64,000 nt of DNA from Candidatus Bathyarchaeota archaeon (GCA_963815095.1 CAWFFH010000003.1:1120001-1184000); one strand, 5' to 3'; counted from the stretch's first letter, positions 19,953-30,601 are shown. Program-made: numbers and translations. Notes: generated by a model not told the origin, from the letters alone.

Positions 19953-21365
19953 TCACATCAGCAACTGAATCTCATCAAACGCCGCCAAAACTTTTTTCCC
20001 ACGCTCCGAAACACGGAAAAACTTCTTCCCACCAACCTCGTAACCAATCACCAACCCCTTATCTGACAGTTCGTTGAGGTGTTGGTAGATAGCGGCGCGC
20101 GTCATTATCTTGCCCAATTGTTTCCACAAATCATAACCATACGTATCTTTCTCATTGAGAATCTTGAGAATTTTCTGTTTCGTACTTACCGCGAGCCCTA
20201 AGCCTATCGTCTTCTGTTTCTTGTTCAAAGCTTGCAACACATCAGTGGCTTTAAGACCGCTCCCCGTAATTAGGCACACAACGCTACCGTCTTTTGAGAT
20301 TCTTTTTTCATCTACAAGCTTTTTCAATGCTGCGACAGTTATTGCACTGGCTGGTTCTGCAAACACGCCCTCTAGTTTTGCGATCTGGAGTTCTGCAATC
20401 AAAATGTCTTGATCGGACACGGTTAAGGAAAGCCCTCCTGACTCAGTTATTGCTTTGGAGGCAAGTTCGCATTGAAGTGGATTTCCTACGAGGATTGCAA
20501 GGGCTCGAGTGGATGGATTGCAAGTTTTATTATTTTCAGAACCTTTGGCCGCGTTCACTATAGCAGCACATCCGTCAGGTTGAACTCCAACCATCTTTGG
20601 CAAGGTCTTCGTTAAGCCGCGTTGTTTTAGTTCTTTGAATCCTTTCCAAACTGAGTAAATGGTGCCCCCGCTTCCCATGGAAACTATCATCCACTCGGGA
20701 ACCTCATATTGTTCCATAATTTCGAAAGAAATGGTTTTTTGGGCTTCAATCACCAGCGGGTTAAGTTCCGCAGTTGCTTGATACCAACCTGTTTCTTTTG
20801 CTACAGCCTTTGCTTTTTGGATTGAGTCGTCAATGATTTCGCCGTATTCCTCAATTATCGCATCGTAGGCAAGTATCTGGGCAAGTTTTCCCACATCCAC
20901 TTCTTTTGGAACTATTACATGACAATTTAATCCAGCTTTTGCCGAGTAAGCGGCCAGAGATGCTCCCATGTTGCCGTTAGTTGCGCATACCAGTGTATCT
21001 GAAAGGAGGTCTATAGCATTAGAGGTTAGGAGTGCAGCAGCCCGGTCTCGATAGGAGTTGGTTGGGTTTCGTGTTTCATCCTTCAAATAAAGTTTAGTTA
21101 ATCCCATTGTTTTCGCAAGTCTCTCAGCCTTATGAAGGGGTGTTCCACCCTCTCCTAAACTGACCATTTGCCTGACAGCAGGAAGCATTTGCCTATACCT
21201 CCAAAACCTAAGTGTTCCAGAAAACTTGACCGATCGTTTCTGGGGAACGTCTGCCGTGTACTCCAATATTTTACCGCATTTTTCGCAGTTACTTCTAAGT
21301 GGGTAAACTGGAAATTTGGTGCCACAATGACTGCATTGAAGGTTTTCGTTGGACTCTTGGAGCAT
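19953..21365 (-). CDS. Threonine synthase-like PLP-fold protein (Schiff-base Lys replaced by Arg) fused to C-terminal winged HTH
   Basis: N-terminal CxxC..CxxC; SLGEGGTPL; NPTNSYRDR versus canonical NPTGSFKDR; MGSGGT; EPASA; C-terminal YGYDLWK..AIYQHLNEL..GLV wHTH. Confidence 0.85.
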   Translation of the reverse strand: MLQESNENLQCSHCGTKFPVYPLRSNCEKCGKILEYTADVPQKRSVKFSGTLRFWRYRQMLPAVRQMVSLGEGGTPLHKAERLAKTMGLTKLYLKDETRNPTNSYRDRAAALLTSNAIDLLSDTLVCATNGNMGASLAAYSAKAGLNCHVIVPKEVDVGKLAQILAYDAIIEEYGEIIDDSIQKAKAVAKETGWYQATAELNPLVIEAQKTISFEIMEQYEVPEWMIVSMGSGGTIYSVWKGFKELKQRGLTKTLPKMVGVQPDGCAAIVNAAKGSENNKTCNPSTRALAILVGNPLQCELASKAITESGGLSLTVSDQDILIAELQIAKLEGVFAEPASAITVAALKKLVDEKRISKDGSVVCLITGSGLKATDVLQALNKKQKTIGLGLAVSTKQKILKILNEKDTYGYDLWKQLGKIMTRAAIYQHLNELSDKGLVIGYEVGGKKFFRVSERGKKVLAAFDEIQLLM

Positions 21366-21546
21366 TTTTGGTTAAATCCAGTCAACTATTATTGTGTTCC
21401 TCCATTTCTCTCTTATCCAAAATTTGGTTACTAAATAGTAACTATAGTTGTTTCCCAAGAGCATTACAAAAGTAGCTAATGCGAGGGGGAAAATCTAAAT
21501 GTGACTTCTTCAAAGAATAATGTAGAACTAAGAGAGTTGCGTAAAA

Positions 21547-21951
21547 ATGAGCACTGTTAGAGAAGACCCAATTAAAATGCATAAAGATGCAATCACGTTG
21601 ATGGAAAATGGCAAGTACGCTGAGGCAAAAGACCTCTTTATGAAAGTGGCAGAACTCTATTATAAGGGACAGAACTATTTTGGCGCGGCAGAAATGAATT
21701 ATAAAGCAGGCGAATGTAGTTTTGCGCTAAAAGACTATACAAAAGCTGTAGAATTTTTCACCAAATCTGCTGACATCTCATTTGGCAAAGGCTTTGAGCG
21801 TTATGGCGTTAGTGCATTAGAGCAAGCGCGTGATAGCCAGAAATCATTGGGTAACGCTAAAGAAGTAGCGGAACTGGAAAAGAAGATTAGGGAAATCAAC
21901 GACAAACAAAAAGAGCCTGAAGGCGAATCTTCGTTCTCTGTATTTTCCTAA
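21547..21951 (+). CDS. TPR-like helical repeat protein
   Basis: Repeated Y..A...F..A / AGEC helical pattern. Confidence 0.7.
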   Translation: MSTVREDPIKMHKDAITLMENGKYAEAKDLFMKVAELYYKGQNYFGAAEMNYKAGECSFALKDYTKAVEFFTKSADISFGKGFERYGVSALEQARDSQKSLGNAKEVAELEKKIREINDKQKEPEGESSFSVFS

Positions 21952-21957
21952 ACTTGT

Positions 21958-22743
21958 TTAGTTACCCCAAGTTTTCCTTTTTTTGATTTTTTGCTGCAGA
22001 ATACTGTAAGTCAGGCTTGGGGCAGCAAAATCAGTTGAGGTTTTGATTTCAGGGGTAAAATCGACGATCCCTAACATGTAAGTGGGATGCTTTTCTAACT
22101 CAACTTCGCTGGTGTAGGGTGTTTTTGTGAATCGAAGCACCGTGTTTGCTTTTTGGGTTGTTATTTCTTGTAGGGTAATGTTTCTTCGGTTGCTCTCATG
22201 CGATAGATATGTTGCGATTATGATGATTCGGTGTTTTTTTGCGAAATTTGCAAGATAACTCATGATTTGGCTGTAAACCGCTTTTGCTTCTTGGTCATCC
22301 ACGTTGTCATTCAAAAATGAACTCACCATATCAGAGATCACTACAAGTTTTGCTCCAGATGTTTCTACGGTCTCTGATAGTTTCTCCATTATTAGAGAAG
22401 TCAGTCGATATGCTGTATATGCGCGCATACTGATTACTCGTCCGAGCGCTGCTTTGGGGTCTAGTTGTTGAAGTTCTGCAGCTTGCGCTATGTTTGATAG
22501 TGAAGAACTGTTTGAGCAATCAATGAAAATAACATCGCTTTCTAGTCCGCCAAGTTTCATTGGTAATTGTGCACGGACGCAAAGCTCAGACATTAATGCC
22601 GTAACTGATTGAGAGCCATAGACGACTGCGAAGTCTCCTGCTTTGAATCCTGGAAAAATCTGCTCTATTTCTGGAACCTTAAAAGTAAACTGTTTAGTAG
22701 TTGTCTGTATTATTGTCGCTTTAAGCATAAGTTTTTGTTGCAT
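21958..22743 (-). CDS. Inactivated RadA/RecA-fold protein
   Basis: RAQLP..LGGL, VIFID, RAYT, LVVISD; Walker A degenerate (YGSQSVT). Confidence 0.75.
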   Translation of the reverse strand: MQQKLMLKATIIQTTTKQFTFKVPEIEQIFPGFKAGDFAVVYGSQSVTALMSELCVRAQLPMKLGGLESDVIFIDCSNSSSLSNIAQAAELQQLDPKAALGRVISMRAYTAYRLTSLIMEKLSETVETSGAKLVVISDMVSSFLNDNVDDQEAKAVYSQIMSYLANFAKKHRIIIIATYLSHESNRRNITLQEITTQKANTVLRFTKTPYTSEVELEKHPTYMLGIVDFTPEIKTSTDFAAPSLTYSILQQKIKKRKTWGN

Positions 22744-22902
22744 CGTTTCTTCACAGAAAACCAGTTTACCCTGATTTGCCTATTTAAAGCGTCGATGCAG
22801 CAACATAGCCGAATAGTGGAGGGGTCAGTGAAAGTGAATTTGGGAGCAATCAATTATAGTCTCAAACACCTTTAGACTAATACGCGTTTTTTGGGGTAAA
22901 TT

Positions 22903-24597
22903 ATGTTTACATCGTTCAAATCTCTCTCTGAACTCCTTGAAAGAGTAGAGGGAACAAAGAAACGGCTTGAAATCATAGAGCACACCACAAATTATCTGAA
23001 AACGATTGGCGCCGATGAAATCGAAGCTGCCACTAACATGATGGTGGGACGAGCTTTCCCCAAGTTCAGCCAAAAAACTCTCGACGTAAGCTGGTCAACC
23101 CTCACCAGCATCTTTGAGCGAATAAGCTTCTTTGACTGGGAACTTTTTCGAGAAGCCATGGCGAAAACAGGCGATATCGGTTCAGCCACCAAAGTAGTTC
23201 TTGAACAAACAAAAGCAAAGAAACAAACTCAACTAACACAGAAGTCCCTAAGCATAACCGAAGTTAGAACCACATTAGAAGCCGTTGCACGAGCTCAGGG
23301 TTCAGGTTCCAGAACCAAAAAAGGACGTCTAATTACCACACTCATGAGCCAAGCCTCACCAGTCGAAGCCAAGTATCTCGTCAAAATCTTCACAGGTGAA
23401 ATGCGTACAGGACTTCATGAAGGTTTAATGGAACAAGCGGTTGCAGGAGCGTTTAACGTTCCGTTCCAGAATGTGCAGCATGTCAGCATGGTCTTGGGAG
23501 ATATTGGCGAGGTTGCCGCTGTCCTTAAGACTCAAGGAGCAGAGGGATTGGAGAAGGCAGGTTTTAGTATCTTTAGACCAGTCAAACTCATGCTTGCACA
23601 GACTGCACAATCAGTTCAGGAAGCTTTAGCTGAGCATGACGGAAAAACCGCATTCGAATACAAGTATGACGGCGCTAGAGTTCAAATTCACAAGCAAAAC
23701 AATAGGGTGAAAATTTTCAGCAGACGACTGAGTGACGTTACGGCGAGCTTGCCTGAAGTTGTGGAAGCCGTAAAACAAAACATCAAAGCACAATCTACAA
23801 TCGTTGAAGGAGAAGTAATCGCGCTCGACAGTGCTGGCTATCCCATCGCGTTCCAGCACCTGATGCGTCGTTTTAAACGGATCCGAGGAGTTGCTGACAT
23901 GGCAGAGAAGATGCCTATAACCCTCTACCTCTTCGATATCCTCTATCTAAACGGGAAAAGCCTAATTGCCGAGCCTTACAACCAGCGTCGTCAAATCCTC
24001 GCCCAAAACGTCGGGGAAATTTCCTTAACCAATCAAATAATAACTGAACAGCCCGCCCAAGCCGCAGGTTTTCTCAAAGAAGCTCTTGATGCTGGACACG
24101 AAGGTTTAATAGCGAAAAAACTCGACAGCCCTTATACTCCTGGACGCCGGGGCAAACGGTGGCTTAAAATCAAAACTGTTCTTGAACCCTTAGACCTTGT
24201 TATCACAGCCGCCGAGTATGGTTACGGGCGCAGGAAAGGCTGGCTCTCAGATTACTATCTTGCGGCAAGAGACTCTAAGACAGGCGAGTTTTTGAATCTT
24301 GGAAAGACGTTTAAGGGGTTAACTGAAGCCGAAATCATCGAGTTAACCCAGAGACTAAAAGAATCCGCCGTAAGCCAAGAGGGGCACCGGGTGATTGTTC
24401 TTCCTAAAATCGTTGTAGAAGTTGCTTATAACGAAATCCAGCAAAGCCCCCGCTACAAAAGCCAAATGGCGCTGCGGTTTGCAAGAATTACACGCATTAG
24501 AGATGACAAAACTCCGGAGGAAGTTGACACGGTTGAGCGGGTTAGGGAAATATATGATAGGCAGTTTCGGAATAAAGGCAAATATAACACTGATTAG
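22903..24597 (+). CDS. lig: ATP-dependent DNA ligase
   Basis: EYKYDGAR motif I, EGE, FD, EGLIAK, WLKIK, LRFARITRIRDDK. Confidence 0.95.
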   Translation: MFTSFKSLSELLERVEGTKKRLEIIEHTTNYLKTIGADEIEAATNMMVGRAFPKFSQKTLDVSWSTLTSIFERISFFDWELFREAMAKTGDIGSATKVVLEQTKAKKQTQLTQKSLSITEVRTTLEAVARAQGSGSRTKKGRLITTLMSQASPVEAKYLVKIFTGEMRTGLHEGLMEQAVAGAFNVPFQNVQHVSMVLGDIGEVAAVLKTQGAEGLEKAGFSIFRPVKLMLAQTAQSVQEALAEHDGKTAFEYKYDGARVQIHKQNNRVKIFSRRLSDVTASLPEVVEAVKQNIKAQSTIVEGEVIALDSAGYPIAFQHLMRRFKRIRGVADMAEKMPITLYLFDILYLNGKSLIAEPYNQRRQILAQNVGEISLTNQIITEQPAQAAGFLKEALDAGHEGLIAKKLDSPYTPGRRGKRWLKIKTVLEPLDLVITAAEYGYGRRKGWLSDYYLAARDSKTGEFLNLGKTFKGLTEAEIIELTQRLKESAVSQEGHRVIVLPKIVVEVAYNEIQQSPRYKSQMALRFARITRIRDDKTPEEVDTVERVREIYDRQFRNKGKYNTD

Positions 24598-24624
24598 CAA
24601 CACACAATTTGGAGATGACTAAAG

Positions 24625-25665
24625 TTGGAGTCGGCAGAGAAGAAAGCGTTTGCTAAGGAGTTCTATAGTCGCCAGACTATATTGAAAGAATTGGGCGAGA
24701 TAGGTCAGCAAAAGCTTGCAAAGTCTAAAGTTGCAATAGTGGGTGCTGGTGGACTCGGTACCGTATCCTCGCTCTACCTCGCGTTGGCTGGCGTCGGCTA
24801 CATCCGCCTTATCGACCAAGACACAATAGAAATTCACAACCTTCACCGCCAAATCCTCTACAACCCAGACGACCTCCATTACCCCAAAACAGAGGTTGCT
24901 GCTAAAAGGCTGGAAAAACAGAATCCGCTCGTAAACGTTGAAGCAGTGCCCGAAAACGTGAATGCAGGCAATGTTGAACGGCTTTTGCAAGGGGTGGATT
25001 GCGTGGTTGATGGATTAGATAATATGGTCACCCGCTACCTTGTAAATCGCGCTTGCGTTAAACTGAAAATACCCTACGTTTTCGGTGCAGCCATCGGTAT
25101 CGAAGGCAACCTATCAGTTTTCGCCCCGCCTGAAACGGGATGTTTGGAATGTTTGATGCCTAACCTCTCTGACTCAGATTTGCTGACATGCAATACCCGC
25201 GGCGTCTTGGGGGCTACAACGGGAATAATAGGCGCCTTGCAAGCGATGGAAACCATAAAACTCCTAATAGGCGTAGGCTCCACGTTGAAGAACAAGTTGA
25301 TGGTTTGCGACTTTAGCGACATGGACTTCACAACCATAGATATCTCAAAGAGCAATCGTTGCCCCGTATGTCATGGCGACGTAGCATCGATTGCGGGTGG
25401 CGAGCGGTTGGTTTGGCTCTGCGGCAAGGAAACCGCTAACATCAACCCTAAAAACCCTCTAAAACTTAACCTTGACGAAGTTTATCTACAAGTTAGTGAG
25501 CAATTCAAAATGCGTCTGAAATCGCGGTTAGCATTAATGTTTAATTACAAAACCTATGAAGTTAGCCTCTTCAACGGTGGACGTATGCTCGTAAAAGGCG
25601 TTGCAGACGAAAAAACCGCTTTGACAGTTTACAGAGAAATTTTGAAGAAAATAAATGTTGGCTAA
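24625..25665 (+). CDS. ThiF/MoeB/HesA family adenylyltransferase (E1-like)
   Basis: YSRQ, GAGGLG, NLHRQ, CLEC..C, CPVC. Confidence 0.9.
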   Translation: MESAEKKAFAKEFYSRQTILKELGEIGQQKLAKSKVAIVGAGGLGTVSSLYLALAGVGYIRLIDQDTIEIHNLHRQILYNPDDLHYPKTEVAAKRLEKQNPLVNVEAVPENVNAGNVERLLQGVDCVVDGLDNMVTRYLVNRACVKLKIPYVFGAAIGIEGNLSVFAPPETGCLECLMPNLSDSDLLTCNTRGVLGATTGIIGALQAMETIKLLIGVGSTLKNKLMVCDFSDMDFTTIDISKSNRCPVCHGDVASIAGGERLVWLCGKETANINPKNPLKLNLDEVYLQVSEQFKMRLKSRLALMFNYKTYEVSLFNGGRMLVKGVADEKTALTVYREILKKINVG

Positions 25666-26894
25666 TGGTTTAGCATTTTTATCAGAGCTGTGGCGTCATT
25701 TACCCATCCATCGATGACTTTGAGGTTTTCCTCAAGTTTCTGTTGGTTCTTTTCAAATCCCCTGAGCTGTCCCTGCTGATGCACGTAGTAGCTTGCTAAT
25801 TGATTTAATGGCTCAATGAACTCTGTCGTTGAAGCTCCTGTTTTCAGGCTGTTTCCTAAAGCTTTCAGAGTGGTTTGCATCTCATCAATTGATGATCCTG
25901 TTGTTTTCTTGAAGTCTCGGCTTACCCATTGGCGTTCGAAAAGGTTGCGTTTTTTCCATCCTTCGGACTGCTCTAGATAAGTTTTCAGTACTGTTTGGTA
26001 GAGCTCAGAGGTGTTTCTGCTTTCAGATGTTATAGCTTTTTGTATTTCTTCGGGGTTGCTCGGCTTTTGTTCTTCCGTTTTGGTTCCTTCTTGATCTGTC
26101 AGCGGTATTCCTGCTTCACGCAGCACTTGGATGGAGCTGGTTTCTCGTCCATGGTACTTTTTGGCAAGAGCAATCGCGATGGCAAAGCCTGCACCTGCGG
26201 CTTCGGGAGAAATCTGGGCGTTTTTGTTTAGTTCAAAGAGCTGCTCTAAACTCATACCCATCAGCGAGGCTACTTTTCCTCCGCCTTCAACAAATCCGGG
26301 GGTTTTAGAGATTCCTGGTCCGATGGTGAATGCATAGACTCCAGTGTCTTCGACTTCGGCGGATATAGTATTTGATAGTTCAACTTGGGCTGTCTTGAAA
26401 ACCTCATAGGCTCCCATGTAAGGTGCCGCTCCAGAAGAGGAAACGCAAACGAACACGCCGTGCTTGCGGTCAATCATGGCTGGCAGAAACTTTCTTGCCA
26501 ATGCCACTGGTCCCCGTAAATTCACTCGGTAGCTAAAATCCCAAGATTCAACAGGTGTGTTTTTGACTGCACCCATTGGAAACACAGTGGCGTTATTTAG
26601 GATAACATCAACTTTGCCGAATTTTTTCAACGATGTCTCGGCGAGTTTGTCGATGTCTTTCTCGTTGCCAATGTCCGTTTTGATAAAGAACGTTTTTCCT
26701 GAGCCAAATTCTTTGTTAATAATTTCTTCGGCGGCTTTGCCATTTTTCTCATCGATTTCAGCGATAATCACATTTGCGCCAAGCCAAACAAGGCTTCTAG
26801 CAGCTTCAAAACCGATTCCTCGTCCAGCGCCAGTTACGAGGACGACTTCTCCCTTAAATGAATCCTGAGTTAGATTTCCTTTGCTGACAATCAT
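25662..26894 (-). CDS. SDR family oxidoreductase with C-terminal helical extension
   Basis: TGAGRGIG, NNA, SS, YEVFK (YxxxK). Confidence 0.85.
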   Translation of the reverse strand: MIVSKGNLTQDSFKGEVVLVTGAGRGIGFEAARSLVWLGANVIIAEIDEKNGKAAEEIINKEFGSGKTFFIKTDIGNEKDIDKLAETSLKKFGKVDVILNNATVFPMGAVKNTPVESWDFSYRVNLRGPVALARKFLPAMIDRKHGVFVCVSSSGAAPYMGAYEVFKTAQVELSNTISAEVEDTGVYAFTIGPGISKTPGFVEGGGKVASLMGMSLEQLFELNKNAQISPEAAGAGFAIAIALAKKYHGRETSSIQVLREAGIPLTDQEGTKTEEQKPSNPEEIQKAITSESRNTSELYQTVLKTYLEQSEGWKKRNLFERQWVSRDFKKTTGSSIDEMQTTLKALGNSLKTGASTTEFIEPLNQLASYYVHQQGQLRGFEKNQQKLEENLKVIDGWVNDATALIKMLNH

Positions 26895-26944
26895 ACAGTT
26901 CCCTACTTCAAGGTTGTTATGGCTGACTTGTTACTCGGTTTTCC

Positions 26945-28292
26945 TTAAAAAAGTTTAAACCCAAGTAATGCAAGTTCTGCCCATAGCACGGCTGACGCAA
27001 TAGCAACTTGAGCAATAGATAAAGTTGCACCGACTTTGAGGTATTCTTTTAGGCTGATGGACACGCCTTTGCGTCTCATGATTTCTAGCCACATCACAAT
27101 CGCCAGTGAACCAAGTGGAAAGAAGTGTGGTCCAAGGTTGTTGCCGATGATGTTACTGAACACTAAGTTGGTCAAGAGTGGTCCAGTTACCGCTGCTTGG
27201 TGAATGCTAAGTAACCCCAAGATTGTCATGGGCCAATTGTTTATGAAGCTTGCCCCCATAGTTATAACCATGCTCGGCCCAAATACTCCCAATACAGATG
27301 GAAGCTTGCTGGTTGTCACAAGGGCAGAAGCCAGAAGATTAGTAACTCCAGCTGCTTCCAGTCCTTGCACGACTATGAAAATACTAAGCATAAACAGCAC
27401 AATATCCCAATTGATGTCCCTCGCTAATCCAACGAGCCCTTTTTTCTCGCCGTTCACCGACCCATTGTGGATCAGCGTAACCCAGTAAACCACTACCAAA
27501 AATGCTACCCCACTGCAAATCACTAATGAAACTGGGAACCTACCCAAAGAAGTCAAAACGTACCCAATATCAATCGCTACAAGAGTAACTACGGTTATTT
27601 TCAGTAGGTTCGGTGAAATTGGGGGTTTTCCTCTGGTTAAGGAATCTGCAGCTTGTACATTGAAGGTCTTGGGAATTTGTTTTCTAAAAAAAAGCCAAAT
27701 CAAAAGCAAACTGCTCAAAAGAACCGCCACGGCTACGGGTCCCATGAAGATTAGGTGGTCGATGAAGCTGTAATTGAAGTAGTCTGCTGAGAGGATGTTG
27801 ATGGGGTTACTTGTTATAAGCGGCATAGCGGCGGTGTCGGGCGATTAAGCCTGCAGTGAATAAGTATGCGAGTTTGCCTTTTTTGTCTATGCCCAAGCAG
27901 ATTACTACCTCAAGCACAATTGGCGTGAGAATCAGGACTGCGCTGTCGTTGGCAAAAAGAATGCTCACCGCCGCCGTCAGCAAGGCTATATAGAAGTAAA
28001 GTCACAATCCACTTCCATTCGCCAATTTAACAACTCGCAGTGCCGCCCACCTAAAGAAACCCATAGCATCCAACGTAATCGACAACACTATGATGCCCAA
28101 GAATGCCAAAGCGGCGTCCCAGATATCCAAAAACGACTGCGCCGCCTGCCCAAAACTTACTGTACCCAACAACAACGAAGCAACCGCACCGATTCCAGCT
28201 GCGTAGCCCAGTCGTAGACCCCGCGGACGCTTAATCATCAAGAAAAGCGTTGCAACAAAGACTGCTAACGCAGAGACAGTGATATAGTCCAA
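26945..28292 (-). pseudogene. ArsB/NhaD (ion transporter superfamily) anion permease, disrupted
   Basis: Motifs FANDS, SNPIN, NNWP, PLGSLA; in-frame TGA at 28002-28004 and an extra C near 27840 (ATC GCC C GAC ACC). Confidence 0.8.
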
Positions 28293-28416
28293 GAGGGTGC
28301 CTCATATCGTTACTCTGCGGTGGTTTTAGGTATAAAAGATTAGCTCGTCAAACAAGATAGAACTTAAGGTACTCGAACAAAAAATTAAACAAAAATAAAA
28401 AAATTAGAAAAGAAGC

Positions 28417-29481
28417 TTATTCTGTCTTCTTCTGCTTAGGACGCAAAGACCGAACGGTTGCGCCTGCACGCCACATTTCGCTGTTGCCCATTTCTTTGAG
28501 TTCATCAGCAAGTTTCTGGCGGTAGTCGGGTGCTTTGCTCTTTTCCAGCACGATGCGTGTTTCTTCGCCAGCCGCGACAAGTTCGTAGAGTGAGTCGAAC
28601 ACTGGTTGTGTTGCTTCGCGGAATCTGCTTCTCCAGCGTAATGCGCCGATGCGGGCGGTTTCGCTGCAGTTGCAGTACATCCAGTCCATGCCGTTTTCGT
28701 CGACAAGGCGGATTAGGCTTTGGGTGAGTTCTTCGACAGATTCGTTGAATGCTTCGCTTGGGCTGTGTCCGTGTTCACGTAGGGTTTTGTATTGGGCTTC
28801 AAGGATGCCTGCGAGTGCTCCCATGAGTGTGCCGCGTTCGCCTGTTAGGTCGCTGTAGGTTTCTTTTTCGAATGTGGTTGGGAAGAGGTATCCTCCGCCA
28901 ATGGCGATGCCGAGTGCTTTTGCGCGGTCTTCGGCTTTTCCTGTTGCGTCTTGGAAGACTGCGAAGCTGCAGTTTATGCCGCTTCCGTCAACAAAGTTTC
29001 GGCGTACAGATGTGCCGGAGCCTTTGGGTGCAACAAGGATGACGTCTATGTCTTTGGGTGGGATAACGCCTGTTTGTTCCTTGTAAACAATTGAGAACCC
29101 GTGGCTGAAGTAGAGTGCGTCTCCTTTTTTGAGGGTTGCTTTAACTTTAGGCCAGACAGCTTTTTGTGCAGCGTCGGTGAGCAGGAAAAGTTTGATGGTG
29201 CCCATTTTTGCTGCTTCTTCCATCGGGAACAGGTTTTTGTCTGGAACCCAGCCGTCTGCGATTGCTTTGTCCCATTCTTTTTTGAATACGCCCTCTTTTT
29301 CTTGTCCTATAATTACTTTTATTCCTTGGTCACGCATGTTGAGTGATTGAGCTTGACCCTGTATGCCGTAGCCAAGTGAGACGACAACTTCGTCTTTTAG
29401 GATTTTTTGGGCTTTTGCCAATGTGAATTCTTCTCTTGTGATGACGTCCTCTTTGACGCCTCCGAAATCGATTTTCACCAT
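28417..29481 (-). CDS. ilvC: Ketol-acid reductoisomerase
   Basis: GYGIQG, FSHGF, APKGSG, SDLTGERG, EAFNE. Confidence 0.95.
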   Translation of the reverse strand: MVKIDFGGVKEDVITREEFTLAKAQKILKDEVVVSLGYGIQGQAQSLNMRDQGIKVIIGQEKEGVFKKEWDKAIADGWVPDKNLFPMEEAAKMGTIKLFLLTDAAQKAVWPKVKATLKKGDALYFSHGFSIVYKEQTGVIPPKDIDVILVAPKGSGTSVRRNFVDGSGINCSFAVFQDATGKAEDRAKALGIAIGGGYLFPTTFEKETYSDLTGERGTLMGALAGILEAQYKTLREHGHSPSEAFNESVEELTQSLIRLVDENGMDWMYCNCSETARIGALRWRSRFREATQPVFDSLYELVAAGEETRIVLEKSKAPDYRQKLADELKEMGNSEMWRAGATVRSLRPKQKKTE

Positions 29482-30154
29482 TTTTAAGTACCTCAGCCAT
29501 TGCATTTATCAGATGGCATAATTAAGAATTATGTTGGTAAATCCTGCGATAATTATGCTTTAAAGGTGCTCTTAATACTTCTAAAAAATTAATCAAGCTC
29601 AACAAATTCGTCTTTTCCGTATATGTGTCAAATAGAGTATCGAATTGAAAGATTGAATTCTATAGTCGGTTAGAGGTTTGTTTTGAAGAGAAGTTATGTT
29701 GTTGGACAGGAATCCAACCTGTTTACACATAAATATGAATAAACAGGTCATTAGATTGCTGTTATTTTGAACGCTTTAATTGGATAATTGAGTGCACTTG
29801 TACTACAGTTGAGTAGGTGACCATTGTAAAAGGATAATTCCCGTCTCAACCTAATATTAGCTAGGGATTAAGAATGAATAGTACCGTGCAAAAAGAAAAA
29901 ATGAAGTTGAGTAAATGTCTCGAACAAAAATATTCAAAGAATGTAACCAAAGAAATATTGCGTCTGTATGACTCTGATCTAAATCATTATTTTGGTCTGC
30001 CCCATAAGAAACAAGAATAATCACAAAAGTATAAGCTTCAACAATAATTAGTTGGCGTTTTACCAGGGTTATTTATTTTCCTAAAAGCTTAGAGCTACCC
30101 TGACATTTATGCAAAAACGCAAACCAATTAAACCGTTTTCCCATAATACAATCG

Positions 30155-30601
30155 ATGTCAACCGACAAATTTACGCCTGAACTTGTAGCTCCTTGTGGCA
30201 TGAACTGCGGCTTATGCAAAGCCTACCTATTTTACACGCATGACGTACCAAGGCGAAAGGGCAAAGTAACTCACTGCGCAGGTTGCCTTCCCAGAGCCAA
30301 AAACTGCTATATCAAACGAGGCTGCAATAAACTCTCAAAACACCAAATCCAATCCTGCCATCAATGCAACACAATTCCATGCAAAAATCTTGCACACCTA
30401 GACAAGCGTTACCGAGAACGCTACGACATGAGCATGGTTGTAAGCCTCCAAACAATAAATGCTAAGGGAATTAAAGGGTTTCTCGATGAACAGGTACAGA
30501 AGTACAAGTGCCCCAGCTGCGGAGGCGTCGTTTCTGTGCATGATGGAAAATGTTACTCATGTGGCTATGTAAGAAAAAAGGCTGATGTAACCAAAGCATG
30601 A
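30155..30601 (+). CDS. DUF3795 domain Cys-rich protein
   Basis: APCGMNCGLC, CAGC, C.IK.C, CHQC...PC, C-terminal zinc ribbon. Confidence 0.75.
   Translation: MSTDKFTPELVAPCGMNCGLCKAYLFYTHDVPRRKGKVTHCAGCLPRAKNCYIKRGCNKLSKHQIQSCHQCNTIPCKNLAHLDKRYRERYDMSMVVSLQTINAKGIKGFLDEQVQKYKCPSCGGVVSVHDGKCYSCGYVRKKADVTKA

Noticed and set aside
28002-28004. In-frame TGA as possible selenocysteine or readthrough
   Set aside because: A separate frameshift exists downstream, the context suits Arg, and no SECIS is seen
29506-30154. 650-bp AT-rich spacer upstream of ilvC as possible attenuator or origin
   Set aside because: No leader peptide, ORB repeats, adjacent cdc6 or convincing structure found
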